A stretch of 64,000 bases of DNA from Oscillospiraceae bacterium (GCA_036653595.1 JAVVTQ010000006.1:2353-66352), one strand, 5' to 3'. Shown: positions 28,776 through 39,312, counted from the first letter of the stretch. The notes: generated by a model from the letters alone, not told the origin. Made by a program: numbers and translations.

Positions 28776-29711
28776 ATGATAGAGCTAAAAAACATCACCA
28801 AGAGCTACGGCGAAAAGCTGGCCGTGGACAATATCAGCTTTAAAATTGAAAAAGGCGAAATACTGGGATTTCTCGGCCCCAACGGCGCCGGGAAATCGAC
28901 CACGATGAATATCCTGACAGGTTATCTCTCCGCCAACGACGGCACGGTTGTCATCGACGGCGTCGACATGCTCGAAAACCCCAAGGAGGCAAAAAAGAAA
29001 ATAGGATATCTCCCCGAACAGCCCCCGCTGTATCTGGACATGTCCGTACAGGAATATCTCGATTTTCTCTACGACCTAAAAAGCTGCCGTCTTCCGCGCA
29101 AGGCACATATAGAGGAAATCTGCGATTTAGCGCAAGTCGCGCATGTAAAACAGCGCATCATAAAAAATCTCTCAAAAGGCTATCGCCAGCGCGTGGGGCT
29201 TGCGGGCGCTCTTGTCGGAAATCCGGGTGTTTTGGTTCTCGATGAGCCGACCGTCGGACTTGATCCGACGCAGATTATTGAAATACGCGAGCTTATAAAA
29301 AAGCTCGGAGAAAATCATACTATAATATTGTCCTCACACATTCTGCCCGAAATAGAGGCTGTCTGCGAGAGGGTTATTGTCATAGATAAGGGCAGGCTGA
29401 TCGCCGACGATACACCGCAGAATCTGTCGAAGCAGGTGTCGGGGGATTCGTCTGTGTATGTGCGCGTCGGCGGTGACAAATCAAAAGCCGAGAGGGCTTT
29501 GGAAAAAGTCGGCGATGTGGAAAAAATTGAATATTCAAGCAAAAAAGAAAAGAATGCCCACGAGTTTTGCATAACACCAAAATGCGGATGCGATGTTCGC
29601 GCGCAGATTGTAGAGACGCTCTGCGAGGAAAGTATACCTGTGCTGGGCCTTCGGTTTGCAGAGCTCACGCTAGAGGATATTTTCCTCGAATTGATTTCAA
29701 AGGAGGCCTAG
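28776..29711 (+). CDS. ABC transporter ATP-binding protein (ABC-2/GldA-like)
   Basis: Walker A GPNGAGKST, signature LSKGYRQR and Walker B VLVLDEP. Confidence 0.9.
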   Translation: MIELKNITKSYGEKLAVDNISFKIEKGEILGFLGPNGAGKSTTMNILTGYLSANDGTVVIDGVDMLENPKEAKKKIGYLPEQPPLYLDMSVQEYLDFLYDLKSCRLPRKAHIEEICDLAQVAHVKQRIIKNLSKGYRQRVGLAGALVGNPGVLVLDEPTVGLDPTQIIEIRELIKKLGENHTIILSSHILPEIEAVCERVIVIDKGRLIADDTPQNLSKQVSGDSSVYVRVGGDKSKAERALEKVGDVEKIEYSSKKEKNAHEFCITPKCGCDVRAQIVETLCEESIPVLGLRFAELTLEDIFLELISKEA

Positions 29712-29715
29712 ACTG

Positions 29716-30420
29716 ATGGGCGCAATATTCAGACGGGAATTTAGAGCATACTTCCAGTCGCCGATAGGTTATATATGTCTGGCGGTGTTTTGGGCGGGCT
29801 GCGGCTGGTTTTTCTACGCAAGCACACTGATGACGGCGACAGCTGAGCTTCGCTCGGTATTTGCCGGAATGGGCACGATATCCATTTTTGTTATTCCGCT
29901 TCTGACGATGAGACTTTTCAGCGAGGACAAACGGCTCAAGACCGATCAGGTTCTTCTTACGGCACCGGTGTCGCTGTGGGAGCTTGTCATGGGGAAATTT
30001 CTCTCAGCGTTGAGCGTGTACGCCATAAGCGTCTCAATTGCACTTGTTTATGGCTTTACACTCAGCATATTTGCCACGGTCGAGTGGTCGGTCGTCATAG
30101 GCTTGTTTTTTGGCATGCTGATGATGGGCGGCGCGATGATAGCCATCGGAGCGTTTATTTCGTCGCTTACGGAAAATCAGATTGTGGCGGCTGTCGCAAC
30201 GTTTGCGGCGATGCTTTTGATAGGTGTTATAAATTATATCCCCGAGATTGTCAATATCACCTTCGTGCAGGATTTGATGAGAAACCTGTCCTTTGACAAC
30301 AGGTTTTATACATTCCAGATAGGCACCTTTAACCTTGCGAGCACAGTGTTCTTTCTCTCGGTGCAATTTCTTTTCTGCTTTTTAACCGTGCGCATATTTG
30401 AAAAGCGCCGCTACGCATGA
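29716..30420 (+). CDS. ABC-2 type permease (GldF-like)
   Basis: 234 aa. FRREFRAYFQSPIGYI is the typical ABC-2 N-terminus. Six TM segments. Confidence 0.8.
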   Translation: MGAIFRREFRAYFQSPIGYICLAVFWAGCGWFFYASTLMTATAELRSVFAGMGTISIFVIPLLTMRLFSEDKRLKTDQVLLTAPVSLWELVMGKFLSALSVYAISVSIALVYGFTLSIFATVEWSVVIGLFFGMLMMGGAMIAIGAFISSLTENQIVAAVATFAAMLLIGVINYIPEIVNITFVQDLMRNLSFDNRFYTFQIGTFNLASTVFFLSVQFLFCFLTVRIFEKRRYA

Positions 30421-30431
30421 GGGGAGAAAAA

Positions 30432-31880
30432 ATGAAAGATAAAATGAACTCCAGAAAACACAAATTCGGGCGCATCGCCGCCTTTACAACGATAGTCGTG
30501 GTGGTGGCGCTTGTCGCGGCAAATGTGCTGGCTACGCTTCTCACAAACAGATTTTCACTCGAGCTTGATTTGACAAGAGCAAAGGCATTTGTTGTATCCG
30601 AGCCGGTGCGCGCCGCGTTTGAAGGCGTTGACGCAATCACAGAGGTGACGGTGCTCTACAACGAAAATGACTTTATCACCGCAAACCCGTATTTTGCACA
30701 GGTGGATAAAATACTGCGCACGGCCGCCGATGTCAACGAAAAGATAACATATCGGTATGTCGATCCTGTAGAGAGTCCGGATATCACCTCAAAGTACCCG
30801 ACGCTCAAGGCAACGCGCGGAAATATTATAATCGAAAACAAGGTCAACAGCCGCGTTGTCGAAATTGAGACTGCGGACCTGTTCTATATGGCCGACGAGA
30901 CAACCATCCAAAGCTCGCGCGCAGAAGAGGTCTTGGCCTCAAGAATCGTGTCGCTGACGGCAAAGGATTCAGTGGAGGTGGCATTTTCAAAAGGTCATGG
31001 AGAAAGCGCGACAGCGTCGTTTAAATCTCTGTTTTCCGTAAATAATTATATGGTCAGCGAAGTCGACACGATGACTGAAACCATAGGCGAAAATGTGCGC
31101 CTGCTAACAATAGTTGCGCCTAAAACAGACTTCTCCATGGAGGAGATAAAGCTTCTCGAGAATTACTTATATAACGGCGGACAATACGGCAAGTCAATCG
31201 CATACTTCGCCTCACTGGAGCAACCGAATCTGCCCAACCTAAGCGCATTTTTGGCGGGATACGGCATGAAAATCCGCGATGAAATGGTGTACGAGCGCGA
31301 CACGACAATGACGCTCGGAGACGATTACAGATATACATTTGTCAATTATCTCGAAAAAGAGTATGCCAAGACTGCGATAAACGCGCAGCTGCGCACATGG
31401 GCGCCGTTCTCAAGGCCTGTGGATATCCTCTTTGCGGACTCAGGCTCTGTTCGGACACAGGCGATTTTGGGATTTTCTCCCGAGGCGATTACAACACCCG
31501 TGGCCTCCTCAGAGCAGATTAAGCCCGAGGACATAAAGTCGGGAGAGACTCTCTATAATGCCGTAGTCTCCACGCAATATGTCAGGGACGGCGCCGCCGA
31601 AAAAACCTCGACAGTCACGGTTTTCGGCTCGGATACAATGGTTTTGGACACGACAATAGACGCCAAAAACTTCGGAAATGCCGAATTTATGCTGGGGTTT
31701 GCTGAAAAGGTGGCACCTAATGCCGTCAGTCTGGGGGTTGCTCCAAAGAGCATCACAGGCAGCACCATGACACTTACAAGCTCTGTGACCACGATGCTCG
31801 GAGTGTTGTTTGTCGGAATTGTCCCCGCCATCGTGCTCATCGCCGGGCTGATTGTATTTTTCCGCAGGAGGGACAAGTAA
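30432..31880 (+). CDS. GldG-family ABC-transport auxiliary protein
   Basis: N-terminal and C-terminal TM anchors flank a large extracytoplasmic domain, matching the architecture of ABC-type uncharacterised transport system / GldG proteins. The ATG follows GAGGGGAG. The upstream ORF start overlaps the permease stop. Confidence 0.7.
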   Translation: MKDKMNSRKHKFGRIAAFTTIVVVVALVAANVLATLLTNRFSLELDLTRAKAFVVSEPVRAAFEGVDAITEVTVLYNENDFITANPYFAQVDKILRTAADVNEKITYRYVDPVESPDITSKYPTLKATRGNIIIENKVNSRVVEIETADLFYMADETTIQSSRAEEVLASRIVSLTAKDSVEVAFSKGHGESATASFKSLFSVNNYMVSEVDTMTETIGENVRLLTIVAPKTDFSMEEIKLLENYLYNGGQYGKSIAYFASLEQPNLPNLSAFLAGYGMKIRDEMVYERDTTMTLGDDYRYTFVNYLEKEYAKTAINAQLRTWAPFSRPVDILFADSGSVRTQAILGFSPEAITTPVASSEQIKPEDIKSGETLYNAVVSTQYVRDGAAEKTSTVTVFGSDTMVLDTTIDAKNFGNAEFMLGFAEKVAPNAVSLGVAPKSITGSTMTLTSSVTTMLGVLFVGIVPAIVLIAGLIVFFRRRDK

Positions 31881-31881
31881 A

Positions 31882-33270
31882 TTGAAGTCTAAACGCAAAG
31901 CACTCATTGCAGCCGCGGCCGTGTTGGCCGTGCTGGTCTGCGCTATAGCGCTTCTTAGCCTCGCCCCTCAAAAGGGCGATGAAAGTGAAAGAAAAATTTA
32001 CGAGCTTATCAAGCATGACGACGACGATGTCAAAAGCGTCGTCATCTCAAATGAAAAAGGCGAATACACTGTCACAAAGACCGGTGGAGAGATGGTCTAT
32101 TCAACCCCCGGCCTCGCGGGTCTGCCGCAGACAAAAGAAAACTATTATGACCTGATTCACAAGTGCGCCGTGCTGACAGCCTCACACAAGCTCAAGGCCT
32201 CGGCGGAGGACTATGGAAAGTATGGGCTGGATTCTCCTTGTGCTACGGCAAGTATTGAATATGAAAGCGGAGAAAAGGCAACAATTCATATCGGAGACAG
32301 TCTAAAATCAGAGGGATTTACGTATTTTCTCCTTGAGGGTGACGAGCACGTCTATGCGGGCAGCGAAAACCAGTTTTCATATTATTTTGGCGATGAATCG
32401 ATGCTGCTCAACACCGCGCTTGCGCCGGGCGCCTCTCTGGGAGCGACCGGACAGGGCAATATGTCAGAGCCGGATTATTTGAGATTCCCAAATAAAGACG
32501 GGGTCGAATATATAATCGAGACGACGGACAGCTTTACTGACGGCTATGGCAACACGTTTAGACACTTGCAGCAAAGCCCAAAAAAGAGCTTTGTGGATGC
32601 CGCTAAACTCAAAGAGGTTTTCCCGCGGATAATGGAGTTTAGCGCCGACTCGGCATATATAATGCACCCGACAAAGCAACAGCTCGATTCCTTTGCCTTT
32701 GACAAGCCCTATACCTATATAGACATCGGTATAGACGGGAAGATGGCAAAAATTTCGATTGTAAAATATGAAGGCGGTTATCTCGCCTACAAGGAGGGCG
32801 TCGACGTCATATGGAAGCTTGCCGACTACCTCATAACCTGGCTGGATGTGGAGAGCGACACGCTGACGAGCCACTACTTTGCGGCTCCCTCGATGGCGCA
32901 GCTTTTCTCGCTTTCAGTTGAAGTTAATGGCAGCAGCTATCTGTTTGAGCGCCTAGACGGCGACTTTGCGTGCCGCGGTGAAACGATAAATAAAAGCTCT
33001 TGGGAGCAGCTTTACAAGCTCGCGTGCTCTGTCAACTCCTACAACAGCGCAGAATATGACATGGGCGGAAACGTCGCCGCAAAGCTTGTCTTCTTGCTGG
33101 AGAGCGGCGAAAAAGAGACGGTGGAGCTCAGACAGACAGAGGCTCGAACCTTGGGCATATTCATAAACGGAAAAAATATAGGCTATACGCTGCGTGAGGT
33201 TTTTGCCGAAAGGCTTGCGGAGGGCTGCGAAAATGCGCTTGCCGGAAAGAGCGTATCGGCGAGCTGGTAA
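31882..33270 (+). CDS. DUF4340-like membrane-anchored protein
   Basis: TTG at 31882 after AGGAGGGA. An N-terminal TM anchor precedes a large extracytoplasmic region. Its position directly after a GldG homologue is typical of DUF4340 proteins. Confidence 0.6.
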   Translation: MKSKRKALIAAAAVLAVLVCAIALLSLAPQKGDESERKIYELIKHDDDDVKSVVISNEKGEYTVTKTGGEMVYSTPGLAGLPQTKENYYDLIHKCAVLTASHKLKASAEDYGKYGLDSPCATASIEYESGEKATIHIGDSLKSEGFTYFLLEGDEHVYAGSENQFSYYFGDESMLLNTALAPGASLGATGQGNMSEPDYLRFPNKDGVEYIIETTDSFTDGYGNTFRHLQQSPKKSFVDAAKLKEVFPRIMEFSADSAYIMHPTKQQLDSFAFDKPYTYIDIGIDGKMAKISIVKYEGGYLAYKEGVDVIWKLADYLITWLDVESDTLTSHYFAAPSMAQLFSLSVEVNGSSYLFERLDGDFACRGETINKSSWEQLYKLACSVNSYNSAEYDMGGNVAAKLVFLLESGEKETVELRQTEARTLGIFINGKNIGYTLREVFAERLAEGCENALAGKSVSASW

Positions 33271-33290
33271 AAACGGGAGGGGGAGAAATA

Positions 33291-33728
33291 TTGGAGATAA
33301 AGCTTTCGTATTATGCCGCCACTATCTGGATTGTGTGGTGGACAATTTGTGTGACGGCAGTATTTATCCTCGTCTCGGTACTCAATTTGGGTGTGCCGGT
33401 TTATCTTATGCCCGCGGTGCATTTGCCGGTCACACTGCTGCTTATACTATATAAGAGAAGCGTGAGAATTTTTGATGACGGTGTTTATCTCAACATCAAG
33501 CACGGCTTCTTTATTAGGCGGAACAGATCGATTGTGAAGAGCATGGTCGTTTCGGCGACGAGCTTTGCCTCACCTCTTCAGCGAGTGCTGGGATGCACAA
33601 ATCTGTGCATAACCACAGCTGGCTCGCGTTTGACGGTGAGCTCCATAGACCGTGCCGACGCCCGCAAAATATACCACGACCTGTGCCCTGCAAAGCCGCC
33701 CGAAGCGAAGAGGCAGGAGCAGAAATGA
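33291..33728 (+). CDS. Membrane bPH_2 (bacterial PH) domain protein, YdbS-like
   Basis: Two N-terminal TM segments followed by a small PH-like domain. The stop overlaps the next start (ATGA). Confidence 0.65.
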   Translation: MEIKLSYYAATIWIVWWTICVTAVFILVSVLNLGVPVYLMPAVHLPVTLLLILYKRSVRIFDDGVYLNIKHGFFIRRNRSIVKSMVVSATSFASPLQRVLGCTNLCITTAGSRLTVSSIDRADARKIYHDLCPAKPPEAKRQEQK

Positions 33729-35155
33729 AAAAGAAAAGACCTCATTTTACAATGGCTGTCTACAACCTAAAGCCTATGCTTTTCCTTCTCGTTTTTCCGA
33801 TACTGCGCGGAATAATATATGGCGGGAAGGCCTTTTTGACGGGCGCATATTATGATTTTCTGATACTGTTGGCGCTCATAGGGCTGTCGATAATCAAATG
33901 GCACAGATCCAGCTACACAGTAAGCAGTCAGCTGACAACCTTTCATTCGTCGTTTATTCTTCAAAAAAAAATACGCATAAACAATTCAAGCATTGCGCTC
34001 GCAAAGCTCAGACGTCCATTTTGGATGCGCCCATTTCGCGCCTGCACAGTTGAGCTTTACACAGATTCAAAAATGAAAAAGCCCGAATTTTCCGTGCAGA
34101 TGTCATATTTTGAGGCTCAGAGATTCGTCTGTGTTGCTATGCCGTATGAGCGCAAGGGCCGCTCCTACAAGGCAAACGGAATGCACAGACTCCTGATGCC
34201 CTTTTTGGCGGCCAACTGCATAGCCGGCGTGATAGCTTGCTATATCGGAATTGCAAACAGCAAAAAAATACTAGGAACATCGTTCCTTGAGGACGCATTT
34301 GTCGAGAGATTGCTTGAAACAATCAACATTGTCGGAACAGTCGCGCCCCCGATAATAGCCTTTGCGATATCGCTTGTTTTTCTGGGGTTTGCTGTTTCCA
34401 TGCTCGTAAATATCGAGCGCACATTTGGCTTTTCCGTGCGCCGAAGAGGTTCTGTCACGACGCTCAACATGGGGCTGGTTTCAAAAAATCTCTTTTATTT
34501 CAATACCGACGCTATAAATGCCATCGACACAAAAAGGTCAATTTCCGGCATAGTGTTTAGAAATTATCCGATATATTGCAGCATTTCCGGCTTCGACTCG
34601 GCGGACAGCCCGCCGATAATGATTGTTTCCGACAAAAGCGGCACGGCAATTCAAGAGACACTCTTTTCCGAGTTCAGTTTTATGCTGCCGCAAATCGTGC
34701 CTAACAAAAAGACAATGCGCAGCTATATCGTATTTCCCCTGATAGCGTCCACGGTTTTTGCCGTGCTGGCACTGACGCTGTTGCGCTACTACACCGCACT
34801 CTTCGTCTCTGCCGGAATTTTATGCGGCATATTTTTGTGGTGGACCGCTATGAGAATCTACGCACAGGGAAAGGTTGGATTTTCTGTGAACAACGGCAAT
34901 CTGTCCGTGTATCACATGAAGAAATTCGCTGTTCACAACGCGGCGATACCTCTCGACAGGATAGACTATGTCACAGTTCGCAGACTTCCACACCAGTACA
35001 TTTCCAAAACATGCCATATAATTATAAAGACGCGCGGACATGCCAAAAAGCGCAGTATATTTGCTTTTTATTATGCGGATGCTCTGGCCTTTTCCGAATA
35101 CCTGAAAGAATGTATAATCAAAGCGCGGGAAGAAAAAGGGGAAGAAAATGCTTGA
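33725..35155 (+). CDS. Membrane protein with repeated bPH_2 domains, YdbT-like
   Basis: Start taken at the ATG at 33725 (MKKKRPHF...). Blocks of paired TM segments alternate with PH-like modules. The tracked ORF start at 33593 lies inside the YdbS-like gene. Confidence 0.65.
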   Translation: MKKKRPHFTMAVYNLKPMLFLLVFPILRGIIYGGKAFLTGAYYDFLILLALIGLSIIKWHRSSYTVSSQLTTFHSSFILQKKIRINNSSIALAKLRRPFWMRPFRACTVELYTDSKMKKPEFSVQMSYFEAQRFVCVAMPYERKGRSYKANGMHRLLMPFLAANCIAGVIACYIGIANSKKILGTSFLEDAFVERLLETINIVGTVAPPIIAFAISLVFLGFAVSMLVNIERTFGFSVRRRGSVTTLNMGLVSKNLFYFNTDAINAIDTKRSISGIVFRNYPIYCSISGFDSADSPPIMIVSDKSGTAIQETLFSEFSFMLPQIVPNKKTMRSYIVFPLIASTVFAVLALTLLRYYTALFVSAGILCGIFLWWTAMRIYAQGKVGFSVNNGNLSVYHMKKFAVHNAAIPLDRIDYVTVRRLPHQYISKTCHIIIKTRGHAKKRSIFAFYYADALAFSEYLKECIIKAREEKGEENA

Positions 35156-36023
35156 GTTTGTCGTCACCGAAGAGTACGATGGGCGCAGGCTTTTTGTTTT
35201 TCTGAGAGGGCAGGGGGTATCGGCATCTCAGATAAGGAGCGTCAAATACGATGAGGACGGTATCAGCGTAAATGGAAAGCGCGCCAAAACAAATCAAATT
35301 GTGAGAAAAAACGACTCAGTCGCGGTAAAGCATCCGGAGTCGTCGACGGTGCTTGTCCCGTGCGCCGATATTGTGCCCATCGTGTATGAGAGCGATGAGG
35401 CGATCGTATTTGACAAGCCGGCAGGCATGGCAACTCACCCAACGCGCAATCAGCCCGAGGGCACGCTGGCAAACGTATTTGCACGAATAATGCTGCAAAG
35501 AGGTGTCGGTGCAACTTTCAGGCCTGTGAACAGATTGGACAAAAACACATCAGGGCTCGTGCTTGTGGCAAAGAGCAGGTTCGCAACGGAAAAGCTGCTT
35601 AAAAGCGCGCGAAAAAAGTACGCAGCCGTCGCCGAGGGAACATTTGAAGCAAAAGAGGAAACGGTCAACATGCCCATCGCGAGATGCGGCGATTCGATTA
35701 TAAAGCGCTGTGTTTCCGAGAACGGCGACAGGAGCGTGACACACTTTGCAGTGGTGGGAGAGGGCGGCGGACACAGCCTCCTTGAGGTCGAGATTTTTAC
35801 CGGGCGCACCCATCAAATCAGAGTTCATATGAGCTGGCTTTGCCACCCTCTCGCGGGAGATTCATTATACGGCGGCTCTGACAGGCTTATCGCGAGGCAA
35901 GCTCTGCACTGCAAGGAGCTCTCCTTTACGGAACCGATTTCAAAAAAAGAAATTGCACTTAAAAGCCCCATGCCGCGCGATATGGAGGCGCTCATAAAAA
36001 GCTTGGATATTTCCGATAAATAG
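35148..36023 (+). CDS. RluA-family pseudouridine synthase
   Basis: S4-like N-terminus, the catalytic motif HPTRNQ..., RPVNRLDKNTSGLVLVAK, and GRTHQIRVHM. Confidence 0.9.
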   Translation: MLEFVVTEEYDGRRLFVFLRGQGVSASQIRSVKYDEDGISVNGKRAKTNQIVRKNDSVAVKHPESSTVLVPCADIVPIVYESDEAIVFDKPAGMATHPTRNQPEGTLANVFARIMLQRGVGATFRPVNRLDKNTSGLVLVAKSRFATEKLLKSARKKYAAVAEGTFEAKEETVNMPIARCGDSIIKRCVSENGDRSVTHFAVVGEGGGHSLLEVEIFTGRTHQIRVHMSWLCHPLAGDSLYGGSDRLIARQALHCKELSFTEPISKKEIALKSPMPRDMEALIKSLDISDK

Positions 36024-36088
36024 ACTTGTGCCACGGCTTTTCAAATTTACAGAATCTTCCATAGAAAAATATACACAGGCACAAATGG

Positions 36089-36117
36089 TTGAAAAAAACA
36101 CCGTCATATAGTATAAT
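36089..36117 (+). promoter_or_regulatory. Sigma-70-type promoter upstream of the M23/LysM peptidase gene
   Basis: TTGAAA, a 17-nt spacer, then TATAAT. Confidence 0.6.
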
Positions 36118-36173
36118 AACACTATCTTTACGATGAATTTTAATAATCTGTTATATAAAAAGGAGCTATGGTT

Positions 36174-37934
36174 ATGGGAATACGAACGACCAAAAGCTCG
36201 TCTTTCATAGGGCGCAGACATTCGCTCAGACCGCATAGGCGGCAAAAACTCAGTATAAGACGGCTTATCGCATTTTTAATACAGTACGCGCAGGATCAGT
36301 TCTACTACATCGGCGCTGTTGTTGAGCGCGACTTTAAAAACTGTGTCCGCGCGCTGCGCAAAGGTTCCAAAAAGCTCTTTGCTTTTTTGTGGCGCTGCAT
36401 ATGCGCTGTCGGACGGATTATATACAAATTCTCGGCAGCGATTTTTCACGATATCGCCGCGCCGTTTAAAAAGGCAGCCAGAAGCATCAAAAGCCTCGGC
36501 ATTGTGCTAAAAAGCGCAAAGGGACGCGGCTTTGCTTTCAAAATGAACCGTGTCAAACAGTTTTTCAAGTATGGCTGGCTTTGGAACAAGCATCTTGTGA
36601 TGAGGTTCTTCAACTATTTTCTGCCTGTCGCCAGTTTGGCGGTTTGCGTGGCTGTAGTGATAACGGTGGTGAACCTGAACTATTCGCTCGAGGTCACATA
36701 TAACGGTCAGCAAGTGGGCTATGTCGCGGACAGCAACGTCTTTGACTCGGCTTGTAAAATAATTCAAAACAGGATAATCGTCAAAAATGACAAGACATGG
36801 AGCTCGGATGCAGAGCTGCGGATTGCCGTGGCAGGAAGCGAGCAGCTGGCGTCGCAGGATGTTATGGCAAACTCGCTGCTCTCTGTGTCGGGAACCGAAA
36901 TAGTAGAGGCCACCGGCCTTTATATCGGCGGTGTGTTTCAGGGTGCGACCTCTGCACCGGCACTTTTGCAGGAAACGCTCGACGAGATTATCAGACCATA
37001 TAAAGAGCAGGCAAGCTTCGACCCCGAAATTGTTGTGAAATTCTCGCGCGATGTGGAGCTGATACCGGGAATATACCCGGCGGGCAGCGTCAAGTCCATC
37101 GATGATTTGCTCAACCTAATACGCTCTCCCGATGCGCAGGACCGTTATTATGAAGTTTCTGCCGGCGAGAGTGCAAAGGAAATCGCGCTCAAGAACGGAC
37201 TTACGCTTGAAAAGCTGCAAGAGCTCAATCCCGACGCGGATATGAACCTCACAGAGGGCACAAATCTGCTTATCGCGAGAGCAGAGCCGCTTCTCAGCAT
37301 CAAGACTGTCAAACAGCTGACGTATACGGAGTCCATCGCATATGAAACGACAGCTATAAAGGATTCGCGCTTCTATGTCGGTTATCTGTGGATGGTTTCT
37401 ACAGGAGAGGCAGGAGAGCGCACTCTTACCGCCGAGATTGAATATGAAAACGGCGAGGAGATTTCGCGCACAATAATATCAAACGTCGTGACCAGACCGC
37501 CTATCAACCAGGAAATCATAGTCGGCTCTAAGCTTCAAGAGGGCCAGACCTCAGTGTCGGTCGGTACAGGTCAGCTTTCTTGGCCCACCGGCGCGGGATA
37601 CTCAATTTCACGTGGCTGGACCAGCTACCACTTTGGCATAGATATCGCGGCGGCGTACGGCACCCCGATTTATGCCGCTGACAACGGAACTGTTACGATT
37701 TCCACAACTTTGCCGTGGGACTACGGCACATATGTCATGATAGACCATGGCAACGGAATGTCCACGGTTTACGGACACAACAGCGCTAACCTGGTCGAGG
37801 TCGGAGACGTTGTGGCTCGCGGTCAGCTCATCGGCTTGATGGGCTCAACGGGAAACTCAACCGGCAACCACTGCCATTTTGAGGTGAGACTGCAAGGCGT
37901 GCGCGTTGACCCGGCTATATACCTCTACGGATAG
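36174..37934 (+). CDS. Membrane-anchored peptidoglycan DD-metalloendopeptidase (M23) with LysM and G5-like domains
   Basis: TM segment FNYFLPVASLAVCVAVVITVV. LysM region YYEVSAGESAKEIALKNGLTLEKLQELNP. G5-like region ...GEAGERTLTAEIEYENGEE. M23 motifs HFGIDIAA, MIDHGNG and HCHFEV. The ATG at 36174 has better SD spacing than the one at 36168. Confidence 0.85.
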   Translation: MGIRTTKSSSFIGRRHSLRPHRRQKLSIRRLIAFLIQYAQDQFYYIGAVVERDFKNCVRALRKGSKKLFAFLWRCICAVGRIIYKFSAAIFHDIAAPFKKAARSIKSLGIVLKSAKGRGFAFKMNRVKQFFKYGWLWNKHLVMRFFNYFLPVASLAVCVAVVITVVNLNYSLEVTYNGQQVGYVADSNVFDSACKIIQNRIIVKNDKTWSSDAELRIAVAGSEQLASQDVMANSLLSVSGTEIVEATGLYIGGVFQGATSAPALLQETLDEIIRPYKEQASFDPEIVVKFSRDVELIPGIYPAGSVKSIDDLLNLIRSPDAQDRYYEVSAGESAKEIALKNGLTLEKLQELNPDADMNLTEGTNLLIARAEPLLSIKTVKQLTYTESIAYETTAIKDSRFYVGYLWMVSTGEAGERTLTAEIEYENGEEISRTIISNVVTRPPINQEIIVGSKLQEGQTSVSVGTGQLSWPTGAGYSISRGWTSYHFGIDIAAAYGTPIYAADNGTVTISTTLPWDYGTYVMIDHGNGMSTVYGHNSANLVEVGDVVARGQLIGLMGSTGNSTGNHCHFEVRLQGVRVDPAIYLYG

Positions 37935-37966
37935 AAAGACAATACGCAAAAAGGGGCTTTTGGGAG

Positions 37967-39253
37967 TTGGAGCAATACGTTATTCAAGGCGGATGTCGGC
38001 TAAAGGGAACGGTTGATATAAGCGGTGCAAAAAATGCCGCTGTGGCAATATTGCCGGCGACAATTGTGTCAGATGGCATTTGCATCGTTGAAAATGTGCC
38101 ATATATAAGCGATGTAACCATCATGACCGACATCCTTGCCGACATGGGCGCTTCTGTCAGGCCGCTTGACAAGCACTCATATTCAATTGACACCAATGGA
38201 ATACGCACACACGAAATAGTACATGAGATGTCGCGCCATATGCGCGCCTCATACTATTTTTTGGGTGCTCTGCTTACAAAGTTCGGAAAAGCGCGCGTGC
38301 CGCTTCCTGGCGGCTGCAATCTTGGAGCGCGCCCAATAGATCAACATTTGAAGGCATTTGCGGCGCTGGGCTGCGAGGTGTCTGTTTCGCACGGCATAGT
38401 TGATGTTTCCTGTCCTGACAGAATGCGCGGCGCACACATTTTTTTCGATACCGTCTCGGTCGGCACAACGATAAACGCAATACTTGCGTCCGTGAAAGCC
38501 GAGGGGCAGACGATTCTCGAAAATGTGGCTAAGGAGCCGCACATAGTCGATGTCGCCAACTTTTTGAATTCTATGGGCGCGGATGTCCGCGGCGCAGGAA
38601 CAGACGTGATTAAAATAAGAGGTGTGGACTATCTGCGCGGGACGCATTATTCTATAATCCCGGATCAGATTGAGGCCGGAACATACATGGCTGCGGCCGT
38701 GGCAACCGGCGGCGATGTCATAATAAACAAAGTCACGCCAAAGCACCTGGAATCAATAACCTCGCGTCTTCTGCGCGCAGGTGCGAGCGTCGAGGAATAC
38801 GAGGAGTCACTGCGCATATACCGCACAGCGCCGATAACACCGACAAATATAAAGACAATGCCTCACCCCGGATTTCCCACCGACATGCAGCCGCAGATGG
38901 CTGTTGTGTTGGCACTCGCCGAGGGAACATCAATCATAACCGAGGGCGTTTGGGACAACCGCTTTAAATATGTGGACGAGCTTCGCCGTATGGGCGCCAA
39001 TATTCAAGTGGACGGCAAGGTGGCAGTCATTGAGGGTGTGGAGTGTCTGACGGCCGCGCCCGTAAAGGCGACTGATTTGCGCGCGGGCGCCGCGATGATA
39101 ATTGCGGGTCTTGCGGCAGAAGGCGAGACACATATTGAGGATATTTATCATGTCGAACGCGGATATGAGGACGTTGTCGAGAAATTTCGCGCTCTGGGAG
39201 CAGATATAAAAAAAGTCGAAGACGACAATTACATCATGATGCAGGCCAATTGA
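37967..39253 (+). CDS. murA: UDP-N-acetylglucosamine 1-carboxyvinyltransferase
   Basis: ISGAKNAAVAILPA, the active-site loop GGCNLGARPIDQH, and HPGFPTDMQPQ. The apparent start is TTG. Confidence 0.93.
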   Translation: MEQYVIQGGCRLKGTVDISGAKNAAVAILPATIVSDGICIVENVPYISDVTIMTDILADMGASVRPLDKHSYSIDTNGIRTHEIVHEMSRHMRASYYFLGALLTKFGKARVPLPGGCNLGARPIDQHLKAFAALGCEVSVSHGIVDVSCPDRMRGAHIFFDTVSVGTTINAILASVKAEGQTILENVAKEPHIVDVANFLNSMGADVRGAGTDVIKIRGVDYLRGTHYSIIPDQIEAGTYMAAAVATGGDVIINKVTPKHLESITSRLLRAGASVEEYEESLRIYRTAPITPTNIKTMPHPGFPTDMQPQMAVVLALAEGTSIITEGVWDNRFKYVDELRRMGANIQVDGKVAVIEGVECLTAAPVKATDLRAGAAMIIAGLAAEGETHIEDIYHVERGYEDVVEKFRALGADIKKVEDDNYIMMQAN

Positions 39254-39312
39254 TTGCGACAAAACGGCGAAGGACCGCAAGGTTCTTCGCCTGTATTTTA
39301 AAGGGAGAGTCT

